Shown here: one piece after another, positions 1 through 10,361 of the stretch
Numbering within the stretch: position 1 is the first letter of the stretch
Layout: every line of letters starts with the position of its first letter
Position numbers and translations under genes: made by a program
The notes under the pieces: generated by a model
Told to the model about the DNA's origin: nothing
What the model saw: only the letters and a program-made list of their open reading frames with translations
Databases searched by the model: none
Origin: Minisyncoccota bacterium
GTDB taxonomy: Bacteria; Patescibacteriota; Minisyncoccia; Phycocordibacterales; UBA5272
DNA: 64,000 bases
Reading direction: 5' to 3'
Assembly (NCBI GenBank): GCA_018063165.1
Contig: JAGOQU010000003.1
Coordinates: forward strand, 19,268 to 83,267

Positions 1-11
1 AAACTTCAGTA

Positions 12-1043
12 GTGTATTCTCCTGCTGTATCTTCTAAGGAAATAAAAGATTTAACAGATGGGGTCTGGTATTTTAATGCACAATTAGCAAATGATGCAGG
101 ATGGAGCGAAACAGCACATTATTCTGTTCATGTTGATACAAAAAAACCAGAGTATTGTACTGTTTCAAAAGTTGATGTAATAGATGATGCTGCTGGAACA
201 AAAGTTAACTTAAAAATAGAAGCAAAAGATGATGTTTCTGGTATAGATTATTATGAAATTAGTATTGATAATAATAAAGCTATTATTTGGAACGGTTCAG
301 ATAATGCTATATATACTACACCATTACTTAGTACAGGCAGTCATACTGTATTTGTTAAAGCAATTGATAAGGCGGGTAATGCTTGTGATAGTAAGACTGA
401 GTTTGCTATAGAGTCAAAAATTGTGCCACCTGTTATTGAAAAATATCAAGATAAAGTAATGTCTGGAGATACAGTAACAATAGAAGGAAAAACATATCCT
501 AATTCAAAAGTGGAAATGATAATTGAAAAAGAAGATGGTACAACAAGAACCGATTTAGTTACAAGTAATAACGAAGGAATGTTCTCGTACGTAACTAATG
601 CTACTTTAGAGAAGGGTACATACAAAATGTTTACTCGTGTGATAGATGATAAGGGGGTAAGAAGTATGTTGTCTGATGTTATGCGTATTGAAGTAATACC
701 TGAACCATCTACGTCAGATCATGATAGCACTACTATTATTGTAATCGTACTTAGTCTAGCTCTTACTATATCTATAATAGTTATATGTATAACCGTGTAC
801 AAGCTTTATAAAATTAAAGCAATAATAAGAAAAGAGACACTGCTTGCAGAAGGAAAATTCCACAGAGCATTTACTGTTCTTCGTGATGAGATAGTAAATC
901 AATTGCGTGTATTTGAAAAAGTGAAAAGTAAGAGAGATCTTACAAAAGAAGAAATAAAAATTATTAAAACATTAAGACTTGAATTAACAAAAGCAGAAGA
1001 ACTTTTGAACGAAGAGATAGAAAAGATAAATGATAAAGTATAG
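12..1043 (+). CDS. Ig-like (bacterial Ig/Big-type) repeat surface protein with C-terminal TM anchor and cytoplasmic coiled-coil tail. It begins at a GTG right after an in-frame TAG at 9-11, so the N-terminus is probably disrupted or encoded upstream.
   Basis: ORF translation shows repeated beta-rich motifs (KAIDKAGN / RVIDDKGV). A hydrophobic stretch IIVIVLSLALTISIIVICITVY is followed by a K/E-rich coiled coil. There is no signal peptide at the predicted start. Confidence 0.55.
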   Translation: MYSPAVSSKEIKDLTDGVWYFNAQLANDAGWSETAHYSVHVDTKKPEYCTVSKVDVIDDAAGTKVNLKIEAKDDVSGIDYYEISIDNNKAIIWNGSDNAIYTTPLLSTGSHTVFVKAIDKAGNACDSKTEFAIESKIVPPVIEKYQDKVMSGDTVTIEGKTYPNSKVEMIIEKEDGTTRTDLVTSNNEGMFSYVTNATLEKGTYKMFTRVIDDKGVRSMLSDVMRIEVIPEPSTSDHDSTTIIVIVLSLALTISIIVICITVYKLYKIKAIIRKETLLAEGKFHRAFTVLRDEIVNQLRVFEKVKSKRDLTKEEIKIIKTLRLELTKAEELLNEEIEKINDKV

Positions 1044-1049
1044 TGGTTT

Positions 1050-1769
1050 TTATGAAAAAAGGATCATTAGTTCGTAAAGAATGATAAGAGGTAACGACAT
1101 GATGATAAGAGAGAGACCGTCAGTAGGAGGTAGTAATGCTACGACAATAATAATCGTTGAATAAGCAATTTTTCTTCTGTGTACAAGCATTTTTCTGGTA
1201 ACGATACCAAGTTTTGAAAGTAAGAAGATAAATAAAGGAAATTGAAATAATCCACCTAAAATAACAGCAGTTGTTGATAGTTGTGCTATAAATGTTCCAA
1301 CATCCCAAAGATTTTGAAGTCCAAAAGAAACATTCACTTGTGCGATTATTTGTAATCCATAATAGAGTGATGTAAAGCCATATAGTGTTCCAAAAATAAA
1401 TAATATAAATGATATAGGTATAGCAAAGAAAAAAGATCGTAATTCACTTTTTGAAATAGCTGGACGTAAAAACATATATATTCTTATTATTGTAAAAGGA
1501 ATAGAAATAAAAAGTGCTATAAAAAGACTAATGTCAGTAGCTAGATCAAGAAATTGAAATGGTGATGTAACGACAACGGAGACACTCTTTATATCAAAGA
1601 GTGTTAGGAAAAGTTGTATTATTTTTCCTGAAAAAATAAAACCAACAATAAAAGTAATAATGAATAGTATTGTACTTTGATAGAGGAGTACACGCATATC
1701 TTCAAGGTATACATAGTATTCTTGTAATATGCTTGGTTTGTGTATTTCTTCTATTGTTTCTTCTTGCAT
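1050..1769 (-). CDS. tatC: Sec-independent protein translocase TatC
   Basis: ~240 aa polytopic membrane protein. The C-terminal LLPPTDGLSL resembles the conserved TatC TPPD..SQ motif, and size and TM count fit TatC. Confidence 0.55.
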   Translation of the reverse strand: MQEETIEEIHKPSILQEYYVYLEDMRVLLYQSTILFIITFIVGFIFSGKIIQLFLTLFDIKSVSVVVTSPFQFLDLATDISLFIALFISIPFTIIRIYMFLRPAISKSELRSFFFAIPISFILFIFGTLYGFTSLYYGLQIIAQVNVSFGLQNLWDVGTFIAQLSTTAVILGGLFQFPLFIFLLSKLGIVTRKMLVHRRKIAYSTIIIVVALLPPTDGLSLIIMSLPLIILYELMILFS

Positions 1770-1899
1770 GGTTTAATTTTAGCATTTAAAACAAATAATT
1801 GTTGTATTGTCATGTTACGTTTAAAAATATGATGAAATATGTTTCGTATTTATCTATCCACTAGTAACAACTAAAGAGTGGCTATATACTACGATCTAT

Positions 1900-2958
1900 A
1901 TGGATAAAAAAATACGAGTTGGAATAAATGGTTTTGGTCGTATCGGTCGTGCATTTTTTAAGATTGCTCTTGATCGAGATGATATAGAAGTTGTTGCTAT
2001 TAATGATCTTGGAGATATACATAATCTTGTGTACCTCCTTCAATACGATACAGTATATCGTGTCTCGCATTTTGATGTACACGCAGAGATTCATGAAGAG
2101 AGTAAGGATCAATATCTTGTTATAGAAGGTGACAAAGATATGAAAGTAAAAGTATTTCAAGAAAAAGACCCAGCTCTAATCGGATGGAATACTCTTGATG
2201 TTGATGTGGTTGTAGAATCGACAGGTCTTTTTGTAACATATGACAAAGCGTCAGCGCATTTACAGGGTGGCGCAAAAGCTGTTGTTATTTCTGCTCCCGC
2301 AAAGCAAGCTGAAGGTGACACGGTAGAAGGGGAAACTATTTTACTTGGTATTAATGAAGAAAAGTTTGGTACAACAAAAATAACATCAAATGCTTCATGT
2401 ACCACAAATGCATCAGCACCGATTCTTGCCATCTTAGATGCTTCTGTTGGTGTTGAAAAAGCAATACTAAATACAGTACATTCATACACTGCATCTCAAG
2501 GCATCGTAGATGGCCCTAATAAGAAAGATTTTCGCGAAGGGCGTGCCGCTGGACAGAACATCGTACCTTCCTCAACTGGTGCTGCTATCGCTGTTACAAA
2601 GGCATTTACTGCTCTAGAAGGCCTGTTTGACGGTGTTGCTATACGCGTTCCTACGCCAGCAGGATCGATTGCAGACATCACTTTTATTTCAAAGCGTCCT
2701 ACCACGGTAGAAGAAATTAATACTGCTCTTATTGAAGCATCAAGAACTGATCACTGGAAAGATCTTTTTGCTGTTACAGAAGAAGAACTTGTGTCAACCG
2801 ATATAGTAGGTCTTCCGTTTGCTTCTATAGCAGATCTTTCTATGACACGAGTAGTTGGAGGAAATCTAGTAAAAGTTCTTGCTTGGTACGACAACGAAAT
2901 GGGGTACACAAACACACTCGTAGAACATGTGTCTCGAGTAGGTAAAACTTTATACTAA
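1900..2958 (+). CDS. gap: glyceraldehyde-3-phosphate dehydrogenase
   Basis: N-terminal Rossmann motif VGINGFGRIGR. Active-site region SNASCTTNASAP matches ASCTTNCLAP of GAPDH. 352 aa. Confidence 0.92.
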   Translation: MDKKIRVGINGFGRIGRAFFKIALDRDDIEVVAINDLGDIHNLVYLLQYDTVYRVSHFDVHAEIHEESKDQYLVIEGDKDMKVKVFQEKDPALIGWNTLDVDVVVESTGLFVTYDKASAHLQGGAKAVVISAPAKQAEGDTVEGETILLGINEEKFGTTKITSNASCTTNASAPILAILDASVGVEKAILNTVHSYTASQGIVDGPNKKDFREGRAAGQNIVPSSTGAAIAVTKAFTALEGLFDGVAIRVPTPAGSIADITFISKRPTTVEEINTALIEASRTDHWKDLFAVTEEELVSTDIVGLPFASIADLSMTRVVGGNLVKVLAWYDNEMGYTNTLVEHVSRVGKTLY

Positions 2959-3020
2959 AACAATAAAAAAGATTTTTTAAATAACTATCGTATGATGGTT
3001 ATTTTTAGTTATATAAGAAA

Positions 3021-3920
3021 GTGATATACTTATTGTATATGAATTTTTTAAATGCATTTTGGAACCCTTCTTTTTATAAAAATAATACAGGTACGTTTTC
3101 TTTTTGGAAAGCGTTTTTACGTCTTCTTATTGTTAGTTTTTTTATAGGGATAGTTTACGCTACTTTATTTTATGTAAAAATTGGTAAAGATATACCTACT
3201 TTTTTGTATTCTTTTGATGCAAAAGTTTCTGATGGATATCCTAATGATTTAGTTATTTCAATTAAAGATGAGAAATTATCTAAAAATATTCCAGGAGAAA
3301 TAAAATTGTATCCAGTGTCTATGTTTGGAAAAGATATTGAGGATCTAGTAGAAAAGAATATATCTCATTTTATTGTTATAGACGATACAAAAGAAGCAAC
3401 AGTAACATCATTTGAGCAATCTGGTGGATTAATGTTTTTTGCAAAAGATGGTTTTCTTGCAAAAGATAGCAATAATAAAATAAGTATAAGTTCTTATGAA
3501 GGTATGGATGAATTTTCAAAAGATATTACTTTTTCTAAAGAAGTCTTAACAAAGTTTTTAACTGAAGCAAATGAATATATACCTAGTATTCCTAAGATAA
3601 TTACCATAACTATCGTTATTGTTTATACGCTTTTTGTGTCTATATGGAATGCGTTTTATTTGTTATTTGTAGCTTTACTTGTTATGGTACTTAGTATTCA
3701 TATTATTAAACGTAAAGTTACATTTGGAGAAGCGTATATACTTTCTATGTATGCACTACCGTCACTTATTCTTCTTGAAGCTGTATTGTCGTATATCCCA
3801 TATGTAACTAGTGTTATTTCTTTTATACCATTTTTTACAACAATAGGTATATGTTTGTTCTTGCTTTATATGTTTAAAGAAAATAATGATACAAAAAAGC
3901 ATGGAGTTGCTTCTCTGTAG
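3021..3920 (+). CDS. hypothetical polytopic membrane protein
   Basis: Long ORF with several hydrophobic helices flanking a soluble central region. No recognisable catalytic motif. Confidence 0.45.
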   Translation: MIYLLYMNFLNAFWNPSFYKNNTGTFSFWKAFLRLLIVSFFIGIVYATLFYVKIGKDIPTFLYSFDAKVSDGYPNDLVISIKDEKLSKNIPGEIKLYPVSMFGKDIEDLVEKNISHFIVIDDTKEATVTSFEQSGGLMFFAKDGFLAKDSNNKISISSYEGMDEFSKDITFSKEVLTKFLTEANEYIPSIPKIITITIVIVYTLFVSIWNAFYLLFVALLVMVLSIHIIKRKVTFGEAYILSMYALPSLILLEAVLSYIPYVTSVISFIPFFTTIGICLFLLYMFKENNDTKKHGVASL

Positions 3921-3958
3921 TTTCAAAATTACTATAAGAAAGGTATACTGCACAGTAT

Positions 3959-4426
3959 ATGAAAATTTATCTAGCAACAGATCACGCAGGTTTTCCGTTA
4001 AAAGAATCTATTAAAAAATATTTAGAAGAAAAAGATTACGAGGTTTATGATTGTGGTGCTCTTACGCTCGAGCCAGGTGATGGATATCCAGAGTATATGG
4101 CTTGTGCTGCAGAAAGTGTACAAAAAGATGCAATGCATGCACCTTCTATGGCTGTTATATTCGGTGGATCAGGTCAAGGTGAGGCAATTGTAGCTAATAG
4201 ATATCGTCATGTCAGAGCTATTGTATATGCAGGTGGTAATCTTGAGCTTGTTAAATTAGGTCGAGAACATAATGATGCTAACGTTATTTCTATTGGTGCT
4301 CGTTTTGTCACAGAATCTGAAGCTAAGCAAGCGATTGATTTATTTTTAGCTACACCATTTTCACATGATGAACGTCATGCAGAAAGAATTATTCAAATAG
4401 ATGAGATTACAAAAAACACTCATTAA
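3959..4426 (+). CDS. rpiB: ribose-5-phosphate isomerase B (RpiB/LacAB family)
   Basis: MKIYLATDHAGFPLKE...DCGA N-terminus is typical of RpiB. ~155 aa. Confidence 0.85.
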   Translation: MKIYLATDHAGFPLKESIKKYLEEKDYEVYDCGALTLEPGDGYPEYMACAAESVQKDAMHAPSMAVIFGGSGQGEAIVANRYRHVRAIVYAGGNLELVKLGREHNDANVISIGARFVTESEAKQAIDLFLATPFSHDERHAERIIQIDEITKNTH

Positions 4427-4478
4427 AAAGTATTGATACAGTATTTATTAACTTTTAAAGAACTAATATTAATTTTGC

Positions 4479-5129
4479 ATGCAAGTTACCCCAGCTATAC
4501 TTCCGATAACATTTAATGAGATTACAGATAAGCTAGCAAAGCTTGAATATGCTTCATCTCTTGTGCAAATAGATCTTTGTGATGGTGAGTTTGGTATGCT
4601 TACAACATGGTTACCTGTCGGAGATGAGCATTTACCTAATGATTATGAATATGAATTTGATATCATGATGAATGATTGGAAAACGTACACTAAACGAGCT
4701 ATTGATTTAGGTTCTGCGCGTATAGTTGCGCACGTGGATCATTTTTCTGAGGCAGATGCGAATGATCTTATTGATATTCTGGAACACACAGGTATAGCGC
4801 TCGGTGTTTCTGTTTCCAATACTGTACCAGTAGAAGATCATATAAATTTTATTAAATTTTTTGAAGAAAGATATCAAAATGTATTTGTTCAAGTGATGGG
4901 TATACGAAATATAGGAGCGCAAGGGCAACCATTTGACGAAACTGTACTTGCAAGAATAGAAGAGATAAAAAGTTGGTGTCCTAATCTACATATACAAGTA
5001 GATGGTGCTATGAATAACATTACCGCAGAAAAAGTAAAAGATGCTGGTGCTGATACGGTTATTTCTGGATCATATATTTTCGGTGCAGAAAATAGTGCAA
5101 AAGCTTTAGCTACACTTGAAGAAATATAA
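4479..5129 (+). CDS. rpe: ribulose-phosphate 3-epimerase family protein
   Basis: TIM-barrel epimerase pattern: IDLCDGEF (cf. HVDVMDGHF), VAHVDHF, C-terminal IQVDGAMN...AGADTVISGSYIF. Sits between rpiB and tkt. Confidence 0.65.
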   Translation: MQVTPAILPITFNEITDKLAKLEYASSLVQIDLCDGEFGMLTTWLPVGDEHLPNDYEYEFDIMMNDWKTYTKRAIDLGSARIVAHVDHFSEADANDLIDILEHTGIALGVSVSNTVPVEDHINFIKFFEERYQNVFVQVMGIRNIGAQGQPFDETVLARIEEIKSWCPNLHIQVDGAMNNITAEKVKDAGADTVISGSYIFGAENSAKALATLEEI

Positions 5130-5214
5130 TCATTAGCTGGTGGTTGATAATAATTCTTTCAACTAACTGCTATTCACTATCGTCTATTGGTTATAAGTTA
5201 TATACTACGTTTGT

Positions 5215-6081
5215 ATGCATTCACTTACTGACGTTGAAGTTCGTGCACTTACTCTTCGTGCTGAAGATATACGAGAAAGTATCATAAAGATGCTTGTAGA
5301 GGCGGGTAGTGGTCACACTGCAGGGTCTCTTGGTATGGCAGATGTTTTTACTGCTCTTTATTTTCGTATTATTAATCATAATCCACGACATCCTGAATGG
5401 ATACAGCGTGACAGAGTGATTCTTTCTAATGGTCATATAGCGCCAGTATTGTATGCAACCATGGCTCATGCTGGATATTTTTCTATATCAGAATTAAAGA
5501 CACTTCGAAGATTCGGTTCACGATTACAGGGTCATCCACACAAAGAAATGTTGCCTGGTATTGAGTCTTCGTCTGGTCCTTTAGGATCAGGACTTTCACA
5601 AGCTATTGGAATGGCACTTATGGATAAATTAGAAAATCATAAACCTGATAGATATTTTTATTGTTTAATGGGTGATGGTGAAATAAATGAAGGTCAGGTA
5701 TGGGAATCTCTGTTGCTTTTACATAAATATAAACTCAACAAGGTTATTTCTATTATTGATCGAAACACAATACAGATTGATGGGTATACCGAAGATGTGC
5801 TCCCACTTGAATCTTTAAAAGATAAACTCGAAGCTTTTAATTTTCATGTGATAGAAATTGATGGACATGATTTTAAAGATATTGTTCGTGCTGTTGGTAT
5901 GGCAAAGAGTACATTAGATAGAGCTACTGTTATTATTGCGCACACTATACCTGGTAAGGGGGTTACCGCATTTGAGGGTGATTATAGATGGCATGGTAAG
6001 GCTCCAAGTATAGAAGAAGGAAAAGTAGCCCTCAAAGAACTTCGTTCATTACGAGGAAAGGTTTCTTACGGAGAAATATAA
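5215..6081 (+). CDS. tkt: transketolase, N-terminal (TPP-binding) subunit
   Basis: GHTAGSLGMADVF and GDGEINEGQVWE motifs of the transketolase N-terminal section. 288 aa, i.e. a split tkt. Confidence 0.85.
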   Translation: MHSLTDVEVRALTLRAEDIRESIIKMLVEAGSGHTAGSLGMADVFTALYFRIINHNPRHPEWIQRDRVILSNGHIAPVLYATMAHAGYFSISELKTLRRFGSRLQGHPHKEMLPGIESSSGPLGSGLSQAIGMALMDKLENHKPDRYFYCLMGDGEINEGQVWESLLLLHKYKLNKVISIIDRNTIQIDGYTEDVLPLESLKDKLEAFNFHVIEIDGHDFKDIVRAVGMAKSTLDRATVIIAHTIPGKGVTAFEGDYRWHGKAPSIEEGKVALKELRSLRGKVSYGEI

Positions 6082-6089
6082 TATATAGT

Positions 6090-7076
6090 ATGATACGAGA
6101 AACATTATTTACAGCAAAAGAAGAAGAAAAAACAACACGAGAAGGCTTTGGTGAAGGTCTTCTTCATGCAGGAGAAAATGATACTCATGTTGTTGCGCTA
6201 TGTGCTGATCTCACAGATAGTGTACGCATGGATCTTTTCCGTGCTAAATTCCCAGCTCGTTTTTTTGAAATGGGGATAACTGAACAAGCTATGTCTGGTC
6301 TTGCGAGTGGAATGGCAGCATTTGGATACATTCCTTTTATGGCAAGTTATGCTGCTTTTTCTCCTGGAAGAAATTGGGAGCAGATACGTACTACAATTGC
6401 ATATAACGATGTGCCAGTAAAAATTATTGGAGCACATACCGGACTATCAGCTGGACCAGATGGTGCTACACATCAAGCGATAGAAGACATAGCACTTATG
6501 CGTATGATCCCTAATATGCAAGTATTTGTACCATGTGATGCAACAGAAGCAAGGGTGATCACAGAACACGTAGCTACTACGAAATACCCTTCGTATATTC
6601 GTTTAACACGTGAAAAAACTCCTCTTATGTTGCCAGATACATATGTATGGAATCATGGTAAGCCGTATGTTATGTTTATTCCAAAACAAAAAAATGGTGG
6701 TAGTTTTATGTACAATATAGGCGTTATTGGATGTGGCCCAATTATTTATCAAGCACTCAAGGCTGCTAAAGAATTAGAAAAAGAGGGTATAGGTGTAACT
6801 GTTGTTAATATGCCACAAATAAAACCACTTGATACTACATTTCTTCTTCGTTTTGTAAAAGATATGAGAGCTCTTGTAACCATAGAAGAGCATCAATCTG
6901 CAGGAGGTATGGGTAGTGCTGTGGCAGAATTTTTGAGTGAACATCATCCAATAAAAATTGCACGTATTGGTATAGATGATAGATTTGGGCAAAGTGGCAA
7001 GCTTCAAGAACTTTATGAAGAATACGGTCTTACATCGTCGCATATACAAGAAGTTATAAAACGAGTAATGATATAA
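6090..7076 (+). CDS. tkt: transketolase, C-terminal (pyrimidine-binding + C-terminal domain) subunit
   Basis: FEMGITEQAMSGLASGMA and downstream domains of the transketolase C-half. Immediately follows the N-terminal subunit. Confidence 0.85.
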   Translation: MIRETLFTAKEEEKTTREGFGEGLLHAGENDTHVVALCADLTDSVRMDLFRAKFPARFFEMGITEQAMSGLASGMAAFGYIPFMASYAAFSPGRNWEQIRTTIAYNDVPVKIIGAHTGLSAGPDGATHQAIEDIALMRMIPNMQVFVPCDATEARVITEHVATTKYPSYIRLTREKTPLMLPDTYVWNHGKPYVMFIPKQKNGGSFMYNIGVIGCGPIIYQALKAAKELEKEGIGVTVVNMPQIKPLDTTFLLRFVKDMRALVTIEEHQSAGGMGSAVAEFLSEHHPIKIARIGIDDRFGQSGKLQELYEEYGLTSSHIQEVIKRVMI

Positions 7077-7082
7077 AGAAAA

Positions 7083-7110
7083 AAAGCACCGACAAGCGGT
7101 GCTTTTACTT
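7083..7110. terminator. bidirectional rho-independent terminator between the convergent tkt and the 7112..7657 gene
   Basis: GC hairpin gcaccg-acaa-cggtgc flanked by an A-run and a T-run. Confidence 0.6.
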
Positions 7111-7111
7111 T

Positions 7112-7657
7112 TTAAAGTATATGTATTTCTTTTTTGATTGTTCCTTCTGGAACATAGAAATGATATTTAGAATCTCCTATTGTTGAAAATAAAGTAAAGT
7201 TTCTGTACTCTTTTTTTATAAAAGTTTCAGATGTTTTTAAAACACTTTTTTCATCTTTTGTTTCAGAAATTAAAACCGTATTCGTTTCAACATTAATACG
7301 ATCAAATTTGTATCCTTCTGCACTTTTTTCAAAGTACTCATAATAGGGGGTAGTTTTTACATCCCCTATAAAAAGTAACATACTTCCTTTAGATACATCT
7401 TTTTTTGCTAGTGAGACAATTTCAACAGTAGAAACTATTTTTTCTTCTGTTGGTAGTGTAAAACTATTGAAAAAAGCTAGTGTTAAACCCACAAGAGTAC
7501 CATGAAAAAGTTCATGTAGTATTTTTTTAGGTGTTAATTTTTCCTCTTGTCTTTTTTTGACAAAAAATAAAAATAAGGACATTGCTAAAAAAGTGAACCA
7601 ACCGAGAGCGATCATGTACATATATATTCCTTTATAAAATGATATTCCAACGAACAA
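7112..7657 (-). CDS. hypothetical N-terminally membrane-anchored protein
   Basis: N-terminal TM helix then a soluble domain. No known motif recognised. Confidence 0.4.
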   Translation of the reverse strand: MFVGISFYKGIYMYMIALGWFTFLAMSLFLFFVKKRQEEKLTPKKILHELFHGTLVGLTLAFFNSFTLPTEEKIVSTVEIVSLAKKDVSKGSMLLFIGDVKTTPYYEYFEKSAEGYKFDRINVETNTVLISETKDEKSVLKTSETFIKKEYRNFTLFSTIGDSKYHFYVPEGTIKKEIHIL

Positions 7658-7761
7658 AAAGCCTTTATTGTATGATTAAGATAGTAATCGTATTCTAAAG
7701 GACCATTTTTACACTACTATAAAAATATAGCATTGTCAAAAAAATATAACAAAAATGTTTG

Positions 7762-8772
7762 TTATATAACGTTTATTGTTGGTTCGAGTATTGTTAGTTT
7801 GTAACTTTCTGGAGCATTTTTTAAATAGTCTTCTATTTTGTCTTCTGTGAGCAAGCCTTCTTGTGCTCCAATATGTTGTACCACATTCATACTATTGATA
7901 GGTGCACGTTTGATAGCCTCTGTTGCATCATATCCTTTTGCCATATATGCAATAAATGTAGAAAAGAATGCATCTCCCGCACCTGTTCTTTCATATGGTG
8001 GTGCTATATCTGGATATACAGGCATATTAAAATAACTATTGTTGTACTTCATGTATGCTCCAAGTGGACCATCTGTAATTATTACTGTTTTTGGACCAAA
8101 AGTTTCCAAGCCGTCAAGTAACGCTATCATACTGCTTCCTTCCATATCAAGAAGACCTTCTGCTTCTTCTTTATTCATACATACTACTTCAGTTTTTTTG
8201 TATAGATCTACAATTTCATGACCATATGCCAGCTGAAATGTTCCTGGTTGGAATGCAAGTTTTATATCAGGGTGTGTATCTAAATACGTTATAATATCAA
8301 AGTGAAAAGGTAAAGTGTGTTTACCTAACGATGAAAGATAGAGCCATTTTGGACTTCCTATATCTGGAATGATTGGCGTGAAGAGTTCATGTTTAATAAG
8401 TATTGTTCTGTCATTTCCTTGCCATAACACGTAATGGTAATTTGTTTTTTTACCTTCTTCTTGTCTAATAAAATCAATAGCTACATTTTCTTTTTTAAAT
8501 TGTGTAAAACAATCTTGTGCATAAGTGTCATTACCAAGTGCTGTAATAATAGCAGATTTTAAAGAGAGTCTTGATGCTGACACTGCTGCATTAGCACTAT
8601 TTCCTACGGCAGGTAGAATATAAGCATCATCAAAAGGTATTTTTGCTCCATAAGGGATGCAAAGCTCACTGCCATGAGCCGTTTCTTGTATATGTCCAAC
8701 GGATAATTTTATAAATGCATCGATAACAGTATCTCCAATAGAGATGAAATCAAATTCGGTTGTATGTTCCAT
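7762..8772 (-). CDS. pfkB-family carbohydrate kinase (ribokinase/sugar kinase-like)
   Basis: C-terminal TGAGDAF motif (pfkB signature 2) and an N-terminal GG dipeptide region. 336 aa. Confidence 0.75.
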   Translation of the reverse strand: MEHTTEFDFISIGDTVIDAFIKLSVGHIQETAHGSELCIPYGAKIPFDDAYILPAVGNSANAAVSASRLSLKSAIITALGNDTYAQDCFTQFKKENVAIDFIRQEEGKKTNYHYVLWQGNDRTILIKHELFTPIIPDIGSPKWLYLSSLGKHTLPFHFDIITYLDTHPDIKLAFQPGTFQLAYGHEIVDLYKKTEVVCMNKEEAEGLLDMEGSSMIALLDGLETFGPKTVIITDGPLGAYMKYNNSYFNMPVYPDIAPPYERTGAGDAFFSTFIAYMAKGYDATEAIKRAPINSMNVVQHIGAQEGLLTEDKIEDYLKNAPESYKLTILEPTINVI

Positions 8773-8814
8773 ATGATTTAGTATACCAAGGACTTCCTGA
8801 TATACTATGTTGAT

Positions 8815-9705
8815 ATGAAATCATTAATACAACAAGGAGATATATATCTTGAAACAATTACTCAATATAAAAAAGCAGGACACGCAATTGCTCATTTTAA
8901 TATTTCAAATCTTGACCAAGTACGAGCTATAGTAGATGTTGCTGAAGAGCTTAAACAGCCTGTGATTATTGGAGTGAGTGAGGGTGAACGTGAATATATA
9001 GGTGTAGACATGGTAAGAAAAATAATTGATGAGCTTAACCAAGAGTATAGTGTTCCTATTTTTTTAAATGCAGATCACACATATTCTTTAGATAAAGTTA
9101 AGGAAGTTGTTGAAGCTGGATACGATAGTGTTATTGTAGATGGTGCAAAATTGCCGTATGAAGAAAATGTTGCTCTTGTGAAAGAGTGTGTTGATTATGT
9201 AAGAGGGTATGAGATAAAAAATAAAAAGCGTGTACTTGTTGAAGCAGAGCTTGGATATATTGGGCAATCGTCATCTTTAAATGCTTCTCTTCCTGAAGGT
9301 GTTAGTGAAGAAAATCTTACCACACCTGAACAGGCAAAAGATTTTGTGTTACGTACCGGTATTGATATGTTTGCTCCAGCTATTGGAAATGTACACGGAA
9401 TGCTTGTTGATGCCGTAGAGCCAGCTCTTCATATAGATAGATTAAAAGATATCTCTCTTGCTGTTGATGTGCCATTAGTGCTTCATGGTGCTTCTGGTAA
9501 CACAGACGAGGATTTGATTGGATCAATTGATAATGGGATAGCTATTATTCATATTAATACAGAAATACGTAAAGCGTTTCGTGATGGTGAAAAAGCTTAT
9601 ATAGATGAACATCCGAATGAGGTAGCTCCATATAAATTTGGACATGAAGGACAAGAAGAAATGAAAAAGGTTGTACGAGCAAAAATGATGCTGTACATGA
9701 AATAA
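8815..9705 (+). CDS. fba: class II fructose-bisphosphate aldolase
   Basis: HFNISNLDQV..., LNADHT, LHGASG motifs of class II FBA/tagatose-bisP aldolase. 296 aa. Confidence 0.85.
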   Translation: MKSLIQQGDIYLETITQYKKAGHAIAHFNISNLDQVRAIVDVAEELKQPVIIGVSEGEREYIGVDMVRKIIDELNQEYSVPIFLNADHTYSLDKVKEVVEAGYDSVIVDGAKLPYEENVALVKECVDYVRGYEIKNKKRVLVEAELGYIGQSSSLNASLPEGVSEENLTTPEQAKDFVLRTGIDMFAPAIGNVHGMLVDAVEPALHIDRLKDISLAVDVPLVLHGASGNTDEDLIGSIDNGIAIIHINTEIRKAFRDGEKAYIDEHPNEVAPYKFGHEGQEEMKKVVRAKMMLYMK

Positions 9706-9730
9706 TTGTTTTTTAAAAGAAGATTAAAAC

Positions 9731-9759
9731 AAAAACCCTTAGTGAATAAGGGTTTTTGT
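9731..9759. terminator. bidirectional hairpin terminator (fba / VIT convergent pair)
   Basis: aaaaaccctt-agtgaat-aagggttttt perfect stem with flanking A and T runs. Confidence 0.6.
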
Positions 9760-9771
9760 ATACATTGTTAT

Positions 9772-10263
9772 TTATACAATAGACGCTATCATTTGGCCAA
9801 CAAAATAAGCAACACTGGCACACAAACTTCCTATTACAACTGATTCTGAGATTGTTAGTAATTTGTTTTTATTAAGTACGTATCCACGTATATAACCAAT
9901 AAGAATAAAAGCTATTACTGTAAGAAATATTGAAAGAATAAAACTGTTTATAGGTAGAGTAAAAAATAAAGCTAGGAAAAATGGAATAAGTGGTATTGTT
10001 CCAACAATCACAAAAGATGTGAAAGTGATAAGTGCCTCAGTGAAAGATTTTTTTTCTGAAGCATGTTCTTTGGATTCTTCAGAAAGAAAATCAGCTGACG
10101 CCATAGAAAAACCGTCTGACGCTAAATTAGCACAACCCAGAATGAGAACTATCCTTGGATCTAACCCAGCACCAGCTGCACCCGCCATGACAGAAAAAGT
10201 AGTAACAGCACCATCTGAGCCACCGTAAACAATGGCAGGAAGTATTTTTCTTATCTGTTTCAT
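9772..10263 (-). CDS. VIT1/CCC1-family (iron/manganese transporter-like) membrane protein, short form
   Basis: N-terminal GGSDGAVTTFSVMAGAAGAGL and ASDGFSMASADFLSEES match the VIT family signature. Confidence 0.5.
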   Translation of the reverse strand: MKQIRKILPAIVYGGSDGAVTTFSVMAGAAGAGLDPRIVLILGCANLASDGFSMASADFLSEESKEHASEKKSFTEALITFTSFVIVGTIPLIPFFLALFFTLPINSFILSIFLTVIAFILIGYIRGYVLNKNKLLTISESVVIGSLCASVAYFVGQMIASIV

Positions 10264-10361
10264 TATAGGTAGTATATCTCTATATCTATTTTTGTATATA
10301 GTAAAAGTACTATATGGTGTATATAAAAATAATATAATAATGTTGTATACTGCTATATGTT

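Noticed and set aside
2157-2705. Antisense ORFs inside gap (2157..2489 -, 2496..2705 -), and similar antisense or out-of-frame ORFs within atp, typA, uvrB, valS and the paralog genes
   Set aside because: They lie fully within well-supported conserved genes on the opposite strand or in another frame. Their products are low-complexity, and none has a start signal.
4474-4483. TTGCATGCAA palindrome resembling the dyad half-sites
   Set aside because: It coincides with the rpe start codon and first codons (ATG CAA GTT). Its orientation and spacing differ from the 6-5-6 dyad, so it is probably coincidental.
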